The position numbers were made by a program, and so were the translations under genes. This document shows positions 1 to 9,796 of a stretch of 64,000 nucleotides of DNA, in pieces (within the stretch, counting starts at the first letter, position 1; each line of letters begins with the position of its first letter). The notes under the pieces were generated by a model, which worked only from the letters and a program-made list of their open reading frames with translations, made no database searches and had not been told where the DNA came from. Location: the NCBI GenBank assembly GCA_965219265.1, contig OZ244730.1, positions 3,047,767 to 3,111,766 of the forward strand. The letters are read 5' to 3'. This stretch comes from Arenicellales bacterium (GTDB lineage Bacteria > Pseudomonadota > Gammaproteobacteria > Arenicellales > JAJDZL01).

Positions 1-1811
1 CCATCTTCAAGTGCAGGTATAAACGTCCAATTCTTTACTGCATTTCTGGCAGCCTTATCCAATCTTGAATGGCCGCTGGACTGGATAGTTTCAATTCTGG
101 ATGTTCGCCCTTGTTTGTTTACGTGTACTCGTAAAATTACTTTTCCTTCTTCTTCCCGAGATCTCGACAAGTAAGGGTAGCGCGGCACCGGATTCGCCAA
201 TCCCTCAATTCCGAACCTAGGCTGCGAACTCATTGGTAGACTAGCCGCACCTAGATTGGCGGTTTGAAGATGATCATTTAATTGATCACGATTTTTCGGT
301 TCACCATTTTTTTGTTTGGAGTGGTCTGGTGCAGCAAATTGCTTGGGACTTTCTTCTTTTCTTGTATGGTCATTTGCAGGGGGCGCAATCTCATTCTCCA
401 AAGTCGGTTTTGTTTGCGCAGATGACTGGACGACTTTTTTCACTACAGTCGATTGCGCAACTAATTGCTCTGCAGTACTCGCTTTTGATCCCTGTGAATT
501 TCCGATCTTTATCAATCCCGGTTGTTGCTTCTGCTCAAGTGAAGCGATTCTATCATTTTCAGGTTGCCCCTCAATTCCAACATTTTCATTCAAGTCTAAC
601 TGATCAGACTGCTCCGGTTCGGGTACTTCAATAACGGAGTTAGGTGGATTGAATGCAATGAACTCAATCTGTTCTGTATCAGGAATATTCAGATGTGCAA
701 CTTCAAGTTCAAAATCACTGAGCGTCGCGATACTCTCATCTTCAATTTGTGTCTCAGTAGATTCTTTAGGGTTTTCAAGTGGCTGAGAAACCAACTCAAT
801 GGAAGTAGCCATTTCAATTTCTGGTTCTTGAATAGAGACCGGTTGCGTGAGATCGCGATAATCTTCAGGTTCAAAATTCATCCCTGCAAACTGGTCAGCA
901 TCGTCCAGCCAATTTTCCGTGTCAATTGTCATGTCCTCAGCTGTCGAATTCACGGCCAACACAGTGAATTGCAGTGATTCAGAGTGGCTTACTAGTTCAC
1001 TTTCAAGGTCATTCCAAACTGCCCGTACTGCATCCAGGTCTGTAATTTCCACTGATTCTGTTTGCACTTGTTCAGCATTTAATTCGGTAGTCAATTCAAC
1101 CACTTGAAATGACTCGACAGGATTTGCTTCATTGGTTTCAATTTCTGTCCAGACTGCTCGTGAGTTATCAAGGTCGATGCTTTCTTGCTGAATTTCTTGT
1201 TGAATCGGATTGGAGATATCTGAGTCCTCACTCACGGACTCATCAATCATGTTTGCGGTTGATTGCCAGGAATCCATATCGAATTTGCCGCTATCTGGAT
1301 AGCGTGCGGAAAGAATCTGTGGTTCGGTTTCAACTGGGTCAAGAGATTTTTCGACAGGCGTTACAGCCATAGCCTCTACTGCGTCGTCCTGCATTTGCGT
1401 ATATTCTGAATTGAATTCTGACACGGAGGTTTCGAACTTGGACAAATCAGGTTTGTAAGCTTCTGATTCTTCTGACCGCTGCACTTCTTGAATGTCTTCC
1501 AATTCTGCATCTGGAACAATCGGATCAATCTTTTGCTCAATTTCCGCTTCTTGTATTGGAGTTGATTCTAAATCGCTAGAAGTGCTAGCCGGATCAGGAG
1601 CGACTTCAGAAATCTGATCATTTTGCTCTGTCTCATTGCCGCTAGCCGGATCCAAAATTTCACTAACAAGTGAAACCTGAATCGGCTGAATCGGCTGCCA
1701 ATTCTGATTTGTAGGCTGTATGGCGTGAACAATCCAAGCTCCAAGCGCGCCATGCATGAAGAGTGACAGCATTACACACACTACCGGTTTCGTGATGTGA
1801 GGTTGATTCAT
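1..1811 (-). CDS. tonB: TonB-family energy transducer, atypically long (at least 603 codons; C-terminal end lies beyond the window start)
   Basis: Absent from the ORF track because it runs off the window. I checked the minus-strand frame codon by codon from ATG (1811..1809) to position 3 and found no stop. N-terminus MNQPHITKPVVCVMLSLFMHGALG is a signal-anchor helix with S-x3-H. The last residues ...PVPRYPYLSRSREEEGKVILRVHVNKQGRTSRIETIQSSGHSRLDKAARNAVKNWTFIPALEDG are a TonB C-terminal domain. The start overlaps the upstream ATPase stop (TAATG). Confidence 0.8.
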   Translation of the reverse strand, partial: MNQPHITKPVVCVMLSLFMHGALGAWIVHAIQPTNQNWQPIQPIQVSLVSEILDPASGNETEQNDQISEVAPDPASTSSDLESTPIQEAEIEQKIDPIVPDAELEDIQEVQRSEESEAYKPDLSKFETSVSEFNSEYTQMQDDAVEAMAVTPVEKSLDPVETEPQILSARYPDSGKFDMDSWQSTANMIDESVSEDSDISNPIQQEIQQESIDLDNSRAVWTEIETNEANPVESFQVVELTTELNAEQVQTESVEITDLDAVRAVWNDLESELVSHSESLQFTVLAVNSTAEDMTIDTENWLDDADQFAGMNFEPEDYRDLTQPVSIQEPEIEMATSIELVSQPLENPKESTETQIEDESIATLSDFELEVAHLNIPDTEQIEFIAFNPPNSVIEVPEPEQSDQLDLNENVGIEGQPENDRIASLEQKQQPGLIKIGNSQGSKASTAEQLVAQSTVVKKVVQSSAQTKPTLENEIAPPANDHTRKEESPKQFAAPDHSKQKNGEPKNRDQLNDHLQTANLGAASLPMSSQPRFGIEGLANPVPRYPYLSRSREEEGKVILRVHVNKQGRTSRIETIQSSGHSRLDKAARNAVKNWTFIPALED

Positions 1812-2623
1812 TACGGTTGTACCCGTCTTTTGGGGACAACAAACATGCCTTCCGGCATCCTTCCGAAGTGTGCCTCAATCCCGTAACAACGCATCAGTGT
1901 ATCAGACGACAGAACGGTTTCAACATCACCTTCGGCTGCAACCTTGCCTTCAAACATGAGCGTTAATCTGTCGCAGTAGCGTGATGCAAGAGTCAAATCA
2001 TGCATTACAACAACAACTCCGGCATTTCCTTTGACGAGTTCACGCAGTTTGTCCATAACGTCAAGCTGATGGGCGGGGTCCAATCCGGATACCGGCTCAT
2101 CTGCAAGCAGAATCTCCGGTTCAGTCGCCAGTGTCCGTGCCAGCATGACGCGAGCCTGTTCACCTCCAGATAAATTTGTCACTGCACGAGTTGAAAACTG
2201 CAGAACGTCGCAAGTCGCCATCGCTTGATGAACAACTTCCCAGTCGGATTTACCTGGTCTCTGCCACTGTCCTAAATGGGGCATTCTTCCGAGCATTACC
2301 AGATTCTCTACTGCCAATGGCCAGAAACTTCTGCTGTTCTGTTCGAGATAGGCGACTTTCTGTGCGAGTTGAGTACGATCTTTGTGTTCCAGTGCAGTTC
2401 CGTCAAATGAAATACTGCCTTTCTGTACTGGCAACAGTCCAGTTAGAGCACGCAGCAACGTTGTTTTTCCAGCTCCATTCGGTCCAATCAGACCGACAAG
2501 TTCGCCCTTTCCAATCGAAAATGATGTATCCGAGAGAATCGGAACTTCACCTCGGGAAACATCAATGTTGTTGGCGCTGAGTATGCTCATAAATATTGAT
2601 TCCGGATACGCAGCACTACCCAC
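1811..2623 (-). CDS. btuD: ABC transporter ATP-binding protein, FecE/BtuD/HmuV type (cobalamin/siderophore import)
   Basis: Walker A GPNGAGKTTLL, signature LSGGEQARV, Walker B LLADEP. The likely true start is the ATG at 2590, which gives an ATGA overlap with the permease stop. The B12 assignment rests on the riboswitch heading the operon. Confidence 0.8.
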   Translation of the reverse strand: MGSAAYPESIFMSILSANNIDVSRGEVPILSDTSFSIGKGELVGLIGPNGAGKTTLLRALTGLLPVQKGSISFDGTALEHKDRTQLAQKVAYLEQNSRSFWPLAVENLVMLGRMPHLGQWQRPGKSDWEVVHQAMATCDVLQFSTRAVTNLSGGEQARVMLARTLATEPEILLADEPVSGLDPAHQLDVMDKLRELVKGNAGVVVVMHDLTLASRYCDRLTLMFEGKVAAEGDVETVLSSDTLMRCYGIEAHFGRMPEGMFVVPKRRVQP

Positions 2624-3603
2624 AGAAATACTGGAGTGCCGATCAACGCGGTAAAAACACCCAGTTTCAGTTCCACGCCGACTGAGAGCAGACGCACGGC
2701 GATATCAGACAACAGTAAAAGGGAAGCGCCACCAAGTGCACTGGCAGGGAGGAGCAGGCTGGGTCGATGCCCAACAAAAGGTCGTAGCAAGTGTGGTACA
2801 ACCAAACCGACAAATCCGATGGTGCCGGCTACCGCGGTTGCAGCCCCAACAGAGGCGGTTACACCGAAAATCATTCGCAACCGTACCGAACGAAGGTTGA
2901 TGCCCAACGTGGACGCCGTGTCTTCACCCAGCGTCAAGGAATCCAGCGCTCTTCCCAAAGTAAGGACCAGCACAATTCCAGCGAACATAAACGGTGCTGC
3001 AAGCCAAAAGTGTTCAAAACTTCTATTCGCGAGCGAGCCAAGCAGCCAGAACACAATTTCGAGCGAAGCAAACGGATTGGGAGCAAGATTGAGTGCCAGT
3101 GAGGTCAGTGCACCGGCCATGGTAGACACCGCTACCCCTGCCAAAATCAAAGCCAGAGTTGAACTTTCCCGCCCGGCAATTGCCATCATGACTGCGACGC
3201 CAAAGCTGGCTCCGAGCATGCCCCCCAAAGGCAATGCCCAGATGTAAATTGAGGATAGTCCGAAGTAGATCGTCAGCACGGCACCGAGAGCTGCGGATGC
3301 GGAAACACCGATCAAGCCGGGTTCAGCCAATGGATTGCGAACGTAGCCTTGCATTGCAGCGCCACAGATTCCGAGGGTAGCACCAATGGTCAATCCGAGC
3401 AGCGCGCGCGGCAGGCGAATTTCCTGAACGATGAGTGCTGCGGTGCTCGGTTCAACGGATAGAAGTGAACTAAAAACGCTCAGCGTACTGATTCCAGCCG
3501 GTCCAACAGACAGAGAACCTAGAAATGCCACAATAGTAAGAATCGTTAGCGCAGAAATTAGAATCCTGTAGTCTGTTCTCGAAATTGCACTATCAGATTT
3601 CAT
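2587..3603 (-). CDS. btuC: FecCD-family ABC permease (BtuC/HmuU-like)
   Basis: 338 aa polytopic membrane protein with FecCD-type sequence throughout. ATGA overlaps at both ends couple it to the binding protein and the ATPase. Confidence 0.8.
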   Translation of the reverse strand: MKSDSAISRTDYRILISALTILTIVAFLGSLSVGPAGISTLSVFSSLLSVEPSTAALIVQEIRLPRALLGLTIGATLGICGAAMQGYVRNPLAEPGLIGVSASAALGAVLTIYFGLSSIYIWALPLGGMLGASFGVAVMMAIAGRESSTLALILAGVAVSTMAGALTSLALNLAPNPFASLEIVFWLLGSLANRSFEHFWLAAPFMFAGIVLVLTLGRALDSLTLGEDTASTLGINLRSVRLRMIFGVTASVGAATAVAGTIGFVGLVVPHLLRPFVGHRPSLLLPASALGGASLLLLSDIAVRLLSVGVELKLGVFTALIGTPVFLWVVLRIRNQYL

Positions 3604-4463
3604 TGCTGTTCCGCGATAATTTGGCTGCGAAACTTGACCAGATGCTCAAGCGCGTCAGTGATGAACGGAGTTCCACAAATCCACATTTTGCCCGGTACGT
3701 TTACCCGTGGAACGTCTGCGAATGCGGTTCGAATCGCTGGATGATTCGGCAATTCATGGGCCAGAGCTGCATGATCGTAGTCGGTTTCGACCATCAATGC
3801 ATCAAGACGGCTTGTGATCAGAACTTCAAGCGGCAGGTGTCGTGTATGAGTCATTCCAAGCTCGATAGCGAGATTCTTGAACCCTGCATACTCAATAATC
3901 TGCGACCTCAGCGTCTGGTCGCCGAATGTATATCCGTTCGGCTGATACATGACGATCATGGGGTGGGGTTCATGTTCTGGAACTCGTCGCAGTTCAATTC
4001 TGCGATTGAATTCCTGGATCAGATTTTCTGCGCGATCGCGTTCGCCAATTGCATCGGCAATGAGCAAGATATTACTGCGAATATCGTCAATCGTCAGTGC
4101 AACAGGAATGTTCAGAATTCGATATCCAAGCCTCTGTAGAAGCAACACATTTGGACTGCCGAACTGGCTCGTTAGAATCAGATCTGGATTCAGCACAACG
4201 AGTTCTTCTGCCAATCCATGATTGACTGCATAGGGCTGTGCTGACTCAGCCATCATCGACATATCTGGATTACTGGCAAAAACACTCAGAGAAGCTATTC
4301 GATCCGGGTCTGCGACTAGCAACAACAGTTGATCTGTGCAAAGATGAGTTGATGCAATCCGTTCGGGTTTCTGATCCGCCGAAGCGATTTCGAAACAGAC
4401 GAACGAAACGGCAAAAACGAAACAAAATATAGTTCTGATCAGATTCTTTCGCATAGTTGACAT
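3600..4463 (-). CDS. btuF: Periplasmic substrate-binding protein, Fe/B12 periplasmic-binding family (BtuF-like)
   Basis: 287 aa with an N-terminal signal peptide (MSTMRKNLIRTIFCFVFAVSFVCFEIASA). Sequence resembles class III periplasmic binding proteins. Operon position supports the call. Confidence 0.7.
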   Translation of the reverse strand: MSTMRKNLIRTIFCFVFAVSFVCFEIASADQKPERIASTHLCTDQLLLLVADPDRIASLSVFASNPDMSMMAESAQPYAVNHGLAEELVVLNPDLILTSQFGSPNVLLLQRLGYRILNIPVALTIDDIRSNILLIADAIGERDRAENLIQEFNRRIELRRVPEHEPHPMIVMYQPNGYTFGDQTLRSQIIEYAGFKNLAIELGMTHTRHLPLEVLITSRLDALMVETDYDHAALAHELPNHPAIRTAFADVPRVNVPGKMWICGTPFITDALEHLVKFRSQIIAEQQ

Positions 4464-4513
4464 GCCATACAGTTCCGTTCGTCTTGAATCGCTTAATTTG
4501 ACAGCTTCAGCCG

Positions 4514-6496
4514 TTAGAAGTCATATGTCAGTCCGAAGAACAGTGAACGTTCAACCACTCTATAACCTTGTACCTCTTCATATTCATCATCAAAGAGGTT
4601 CGTGATTTTTCCTGTGAGTTGCATTTGAGGTGTCAGTTGGAGCGAACCACTCAAATCGATAACTGTAAAACTGCCTAAATCAACATAATTCCCTGAATAA
4701 CCGTCTGTCTGGGTACCTGTATGTTGGATATTCAGATTCAAACCGCCCCCATACCCCCAGAATTGAGATTGTCTATAAATATTCAAACTGGCAATTTTGG
4801 ATGGCCGTCTGACTAATTCCTGTCCGTTTGCGTCAAAACCTTTACTTATGGTGACGTGTCCAGAAATTTCGAAATTCTCGCCGACATATCCTCTCATTGA
4901 AACCTCCCAGCCTTTGATGGTGGAAACGCCAGGTCGGTTATTTGCCTTGTAGACATCGTTATCATAGTCGACGTCGTTGCAACCGGAGAAACAGTCATAA
5001 ATCCAAATCAAGTTGGTAATTTTGTTATTGAAATAGGTTGCGTCAAGAGTCAGCCCAAGGGCATCAAATTCTTTTTCTACACCTGCATCCCATCCTTTGC
5101 TTGTTTCTGGTATGAGATCTGGATTTGGCTCCCAACTGTTTGTCCATCCGAATATTTCCGAGGTTGTTGGGTTTTTCACCCCGGTGCCATAGCTACCATG
5201 AAATCTGACTTGATCGTTTGGAATCCATGCTGCAGTTGCTCGATATGTGTTGCGACTGCGGAAATTATTTTTTCGATTGTCGTCACGGCGTGTACTGACG
5301 GAAAGAATAAAGGAATCCTGTAAATTTGCCCGATGTTCAAGCACGTAACTCTGAAGTCTGAGGGTTCCTCCAGTGGGATTTGACAATGAATTTGAATCAA
5401 CCTTTGAGGTTTCTCTTTCAACTGCAAATGTTGTGGAATGTTCTGCGGCTGTCGTTTGTAAGTTCAGTGTGCCTTGGTAGACCAGTTTGTCGGTTTCTCC
5501 AACGCTTGTTGTTGTGTGTTTACCGTCTTCGAAATCTTTTCTCATGTGACGAGATTTTGAGAATTTCAGTTGGTGGTTTATGTAATCGTCACCTTGATCA
5601 AAATTAAGGGTGCTCCCGAAAACTGTTTTTCTGTCTTTCCCCACACAGTCATTTGAAGACGGAAAGCCGCAGCTGTCGTATTCCGAATCGGATTGGATTC
5701 GAATGAGAACTGCAGATAAATCTAAATTTTCGCCTAGATTAACACCTGATTTAAGATGCAGAAAGCGATTGTTAAAACCGTCTCGTTCTGTATTGTGAGT
5801 TCTAGCAGAAATTCCTTCGGTTTCCGAATGACTGATTGATGCTGCAGTAAAAAACTGCTCATTTGAGGTTCCGATGTAAGCTGTGGCGTTTTTTGTACTA
5901 TGTGAACCCAGTTCAATGCTCGCTGAGGATGCGGTACCTTCTTCAGGAATTGGTGTCGTTATTTGAATGACTCCTCCGATCGTCTCACTTCCGTGTATGG
6001 AGCTTTGTGGACCACGTAGAACTTCAATGGATTCGATTGACGAGACCGGCAAATGCTGGAATTCAAATTCATCGCTGCTGAATGGATTACCCATGTCGAG
6101 TCCATCTATAAGCACAAGCGTATGGTTTGCTTCCGCTCCGCGAATTCGAACCTGTGCATTGCCCCCGTTTGCTCCTGTCTGGCTGACGGCGACGCTTGGA
6201 ACCTCACGAAGCAATTCATGAACAAATTTTGGCTGGCGCTTTTTTATTTCCTCAGCAGAGAAAACGGTGACGCTGCTGCCGACATGTTCGGCTGGCACTG
6301 GAACCCTGCTTGCGGATACCACTACCTCGGGAAGGATTGCATTCTCGGACACTGCCTCGTTATCTTCATCTTCAGTCGCTGGTTCGTTCTGAGCGTGCAA
6401 TGACGAAGGTGTTGCAGCAAAGATGAGAATAATTAAGAAGGTTCCCAATCGTTGGGAAGAAACAGAAAAAGAGTGGAGTTCTTGGATGTATGACAT
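4514..6496 (-). CDS. btuB: TonB-dependent outer-membrane receptor, probable cobalamin receptor
   Basis: 660 aa with a signal peptide, plug-domain motifs (VVVSASR, IEVLRGPQS) and a C-terminal ...LFFGLTYDF ending in an aromatic residue. A cobalamin riboswitch sits directly upstream. Confidence 0.85.
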   Translation of the reverse strand: MSYIQELHSFSVSSQRLGTFLIILIFAATPSSLHAQNEPATEDEDNEAVSENAILPEVVVSASRVPVPAEHVGSSVTVFSAEEIKKRQPKFVHELLREVPSVAVSQTGANGGNAQVRIRGAEANHTLVLIDGLDMGNPFSSDEFEFQHLPVSSIESIEVLRGPQSSIHGSETIGGVIQITTPIPEEGTASSASIELGSHSTKNATAYIGTSNEQFFTAASISHSETEGISARTHNTERDGFNNRFLHLKSGVNLGENLDLSAVLIRIQSDSEYDSCGFPSSNDCVGKDRKTVFGSTLNFDQGDDYINHQLKFSKSRHMRKDFEDGKHTTTSVGETDKLVYQGTLNLQTTAAEHSTTFAVERETSKVDSNSLSNPTGGTLRLQSYVLEHRANLQDSFILSVSTRRDDNRKNNFRSRNTYRATAAWIPNDQVRFHGSYGTGVKNPTTSEIFGWTNSWEPNPDLIPETSKGWDAGVEKEFDALGLTLDATYFNNKITNLIWIYDCFSGCNDVDYDNDVYKANNRPGVSTIKGWEVSMRGYVGENFEISGHVTISKGFDANGQELVRRPSKIASLNIYRQSQFWGYGGGLNLNIQHTGTQTDGYSGNYVDLGSFTVIDLSGSLQLTPQMQLTGKITNLFDDEYEEVQGYRVVERSLFFGLTYDF

Positions 6497-6639
6497 TTGA
6501 CCGCCTGTCTGTGTGAGTTAAAGAATCTGCAGCAGGGGACAGAGTCTTGCGACGCACACTATGAAACAGGACGGATACCGACAGGCTGGTTCGGTCTGCC
6601 AGACGATTACTTGTCTCTATGTAAGGAAAATATCCCAAA

Positions 6640-6915
6640 ACGTGGTGACCCCTTGCGTTTGCACAAATAGGCGCGTCACCACCAACGGGTTTCCGCTCCG
6701 CCGGAACGCCCCGTTCGGCGGCTGGGTAACGCTGGCAACGGCAGGTTTCCTGGCTCGCGGGTCTACGCATTTTTGCTCTGCCTTCCCAGTTTCCCAGTGG
6801 CTGAATCGAGCAATTGCTAACCGCATACAGTTGCGGGGGCAGCCAAGGATTCAACATACAATCATGCTTTACCTTGTTCCATATTGCTTCCCCAATTGGG
6901 GGAACCATTGCTACA
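6640..6915 (-). promoter_or_regulatory. Cobalamin (B12) riboswitch with terminator-like hairpin in the btuB leader
   Basis: The minus strand reads ...GAATCCTTGGCTGCCCCCGCAACTGTA...GCCACTGGGAAACTGGGAAGGC...AGCCAGGAAACCTGCC (B12 box, plus-strand ~6740-6755). This is followed by GGTGGTGAC-N24-GTCACCAC-GTTTTGG (~6640-6690). These are hallmark conserved cores of the cobalamin riboswitch. Confidence 0.8.
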
Positions 6916-7103
6916 CCCTAGTATAATCATGTAGATCATTTCAAGCAATTAAATTAATTGGGCGCCGACCAGCCCAAAGAGCAGATTGGTGCCGGTTCGG
7001 TAAAAACCGGAATTCCATGAAATTTCCGCTTTTCTTTCGCTCAATTCAGTGAAATCGATTATTTGATGAAAACCGGGCTCAATAAATTGCGGGTGCATCA
7101 AAA

Positions 7104-8570
7104 ATGAAATGTGGTGCATTGATGGTTCAGGGAACTGGATCCGATGTCGGCAAGTCGGTGATCGTTGCTGGATTGTGCAGAGTGATTCGACGCCGAGGAA
7201 TTTCAGTCGCTCCATTCAAACCTTAGAACATGTCAAACAATGCTGCCGCATGTCTATCCGGCGGTGAAATCAAGCGGGCGTAGGCACTGCAGGCGATGGC
7301 CGCTGAAATTGAGCCGTCGGTCGATTTGAATCCAGTATTGCTCATACCGCAGTCGGGCCTTATGGCTCAGGTTGTTGTGCATGGGAAAGTCGTTTCCAAC
7401 CTCAACGCCAAGGATTTCCTGTCTCACAGGCATCATTTGTTAGTACCGGTACTTGAAAGCTACCGGAAGCTGGTAAGTGAATACGACTTCGTTATGGTTG
7501 AAGGCGCAGGAAGCGCAGCAGAGACAAATCTGCGTAAGCGTGATATTGCCAACATGGAATTTGCGAGTCATACGCGAATTCCCGTTTGCCTGCTCGCTGA
7601 TATTGATCGAGGTGATGTGATTGCGTCTGTAGTAGGCACTAAGGCTGTGCTGGAAGAAAGTGACGCTGCACTGATACGAAGCTTCATCATCAACACATTT
7701 CGCGGAGATGTTGCGTTGTTTGAAGAGGGTAAGCGAGATATTGAACGGCGTACCTCCTGGCCCTGCAGAGGGGTAATTCCGTGGCTGGAATCAGCGCGTA
7801 GGCTACCACAGGAAGACTCGGTAGTAAGGGCGCCAATCGGAACGGAATCACAGGATTCTGGAATCAAAATATTGAAGATTGCAGTGCCGATGTTATCCAG
7901 GATTGCCAACTCCGATGATTTCGACCCGCTACGACTGGAAGCGAATGTTGAGTTCGATTTTGTTCCGCCGGGTACAGCGCTTCCACGGGATGCAGATGTC
8001 ATCATTCTGCCGGGAACAAAGTCAACTCTGGCGGACCTTCGATTCCTCAGGTCTCAAGGCTGGGACCATGACATCATTGCCCATGCTCGTGCGGGTGGCA
8101 GGGTGCTAGGTCTATGCGGAGGGTATCAACTACTTGGTCGTACAATTCGAGATTTAGACGGTGTCGAGGGCAAACCAGAAGAAGCATCGGGCCTAGGCCT
8201 GTTAGATGTTGAAACCGATATGCTGAATGACAAGCGGGTTCGCCCGCTGAACGGAATTTGTCTGCGAAGCGGAGTTCAGGTGACAGGCTATGAAATTCAC
8301 ATGGGAGAGACTCAAGGGCCGGATACGTGTCGACGATTCATTCGCTTTGAGCATGGAGCAATCAGTATCGATGGGAACGTCGCGGGGTGCTATGTTCACG
8401 GACTGTTTTCGAGTGACGAATTTCGAACTGGCTGGTTGAATGAATTACGGGATGGTACTGGGTCCGACCTGAACTACGGAAACGCAGTTGAGAATTCAAT
8501 TAATGAGCTGGCTGATGGACTGGAGAATGCACTCGACATCGAGGCATTGCTGAAAGACGCAAATTGGTGA
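7104..8570 (+). pseudogene. cobQ: Cobyric acid synthase CobQ/CbiP interrupted by two in-frame TAG codons (7224-7226 and 7281-7283)
   Basis: From ATG 7104: [78 protein letters not shown]. This continues in the same frame into track ORF 7296..8570. Total length is 488 codons, normal for CobQ. The P-loop region lies upstream of both stops. Confidence 0.8.
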
Positions 8571-8587
8571 TCTTTGTGCAGATACCT

Positions 8588-9502
8588 TCAATCTCCAGAC
8601 CTCGGCAATGAACGAAGGTAATCAACATGAAAATTCAAATAACCTGGGGAAACGGACGCCAGTCGATCTTTCACATGATTGTGAAGCTGTGGCAACTGAT
8701 GGAAAGGCACCGCAGGGAATAGATGATGCTCGCAGTGGTAGGGCATGTTCCAAGCGATCAGCTTTATTATGGAGTTGGTCAATGTAGTGCGTGTGTTGAG
8801 AAGCATGTTCTTTGAATTCTCGCATCCCGCGTGCTCTGCAAGAAGAAACATCCTTAATCCAACCATCCCGAACATTGCTGGAACAACCCAGAATATCACT
8901 GCGAAGTAACTGCTAAAAATTAGGGAGGCGCACAGAACGATCGCGTAGGCAAGAACGTGCATCCTTGCTTCGAGAATCACTCTCCGATGTTCGGCTTTGG
9001 GAATGAATTCTGCATCCACTCTACCCAAAGAGTGTTTGGCAAGCGTGTAAATTTGTGGCCACCAATAAGATCTCACCCCACTCATTGCGACTACATATTG
9101 GAGAGAAGTTCTTGGTTGCTCGACTTGCAGTTCCGGGTCACGTTCTGAATCGTTAGTGAACCTGTGATGCTGGAAATGAAAGCTACGGAAGTACCGAGCA
9201 GGCAGCAACAGTAAGAATCCTGTAACAGCCCCGACCAGCGCATTCAATGGCTTGCTGCGAAATGCTGTCCCATGAACACATTCATGCAGTGGTGCAAAAA
9301 GAAAGGCGAGGACTAGTCCATAAGGAATCCAAGAGAAAACAATCCACCAGGAGCCGTAGGAAAGCCAGACCAGCCAACCGAAAAATCCAATCAATGTCAA
9401 ATGTAACGCTAGACGAATAATTCCGGCGCTATTTGTTCGATCGCTAAATCCTCGGAGTTCTTTCGAGGTGACTAAATCTCGTCGTTGTATAAAATTTTCC
9501 AT
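8588..9502 (-). CDS. Fatty-acid desaturase family membrane protein
   Basis: Three His boxes are present: HECVHG, HFQHHRF and HCEHHLF. There are several hydrophobic segments. Confidence 0.75.
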   Translation of the reverse strand: MENFIQRRDLVTSKELRGFSDRTNSAGIIRLALHLTLIGFFGWLVWLSYGSWWIVFSWIPYGLVLAFLFAPLHECVHGTAFRSKPLNALVGAVTGFLLLLPARYFRSFHFQHHRFTNDSERDPELQVEQPRTSLQYVVAMSGVRSYWWPQIYTLAKHSLGRVDAEFIPKAEHRRVILEARMHVLAYAIVLCASLIFSSYFAVIFWVVPAMFGMVGLRMFLLAEHAGCENSKNMLLNTRTTLTNSIIKLIAWNMPYHCEHHLFPAVPFHQLPQLHNHVKDRLASVSPGYLNFHVDYLRSLPRSGD

Positions 9503-9796
9503 AGTTCCAATAGAGTAGTCCGAACAGAAAAAAGGTTCGATAGATTTTCTTTTTGAAACAGTTTATGTGCTGTGGTGTTTCAACAATGGTAGTGCAAGTT
9601 TGGAACAGATAGCAAGTAATTTCGGTATCGAATTTCATCAAATTACCTCAAGAAATTCAAGGAAGAATCGTTAATCGTGCAAGTAAGTTTAGTAACACAA
9701 TCAAAAAGAGCAGATGCATCAAATTTGTGCATTTATAGTCCTTGGCAACACACATGTACATTAAGTAGTTTTCTATAATGTAGTTACAGGATGTGA

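Noticed and set aside
316-1878. Multiple 60-100 aa plus- and minus-strand ORFs in the track (316..603, 329..634, 693..977, 1109..1372, 1663..1878 and others).
   Set aside because: They are low-complexity shadows of the long open minus-strand TonB frame, which the track omits because it is open-ended. None has a motif or a plausible start context.
2636-3247. Long antisense or out-of-frame ORFs inside well-supported genes (for example 2636..3247, 23982..24611, 39505..40413, 39725..40318, 49485..50015, 56469..57080).
   Set aside because: They overlap CDSs with strong family motifs on the other strand or frame. They have biased Ala/Arg/Pro/Ser composition, typical of shadow ORFs, especially in the GC-rich insert.
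6949-7215. 88-aa minus-strand ORF between the riboswitch and cobQ.
   Set aside because: It overlaps the conserved P-loop-encoding 5' end of cobQ on the opposite strand and has no motif. It is judged spurious.
7224-7283. TAG reassigned to Gln genome-wide, as in some phages.
   Set aside because: TAG clearly terminates several well-conserved genes in this window at their expected ends (aroQ, prmA, hppA, IS110 transposase). Local lesions or suppression are therefore more parsimonious.
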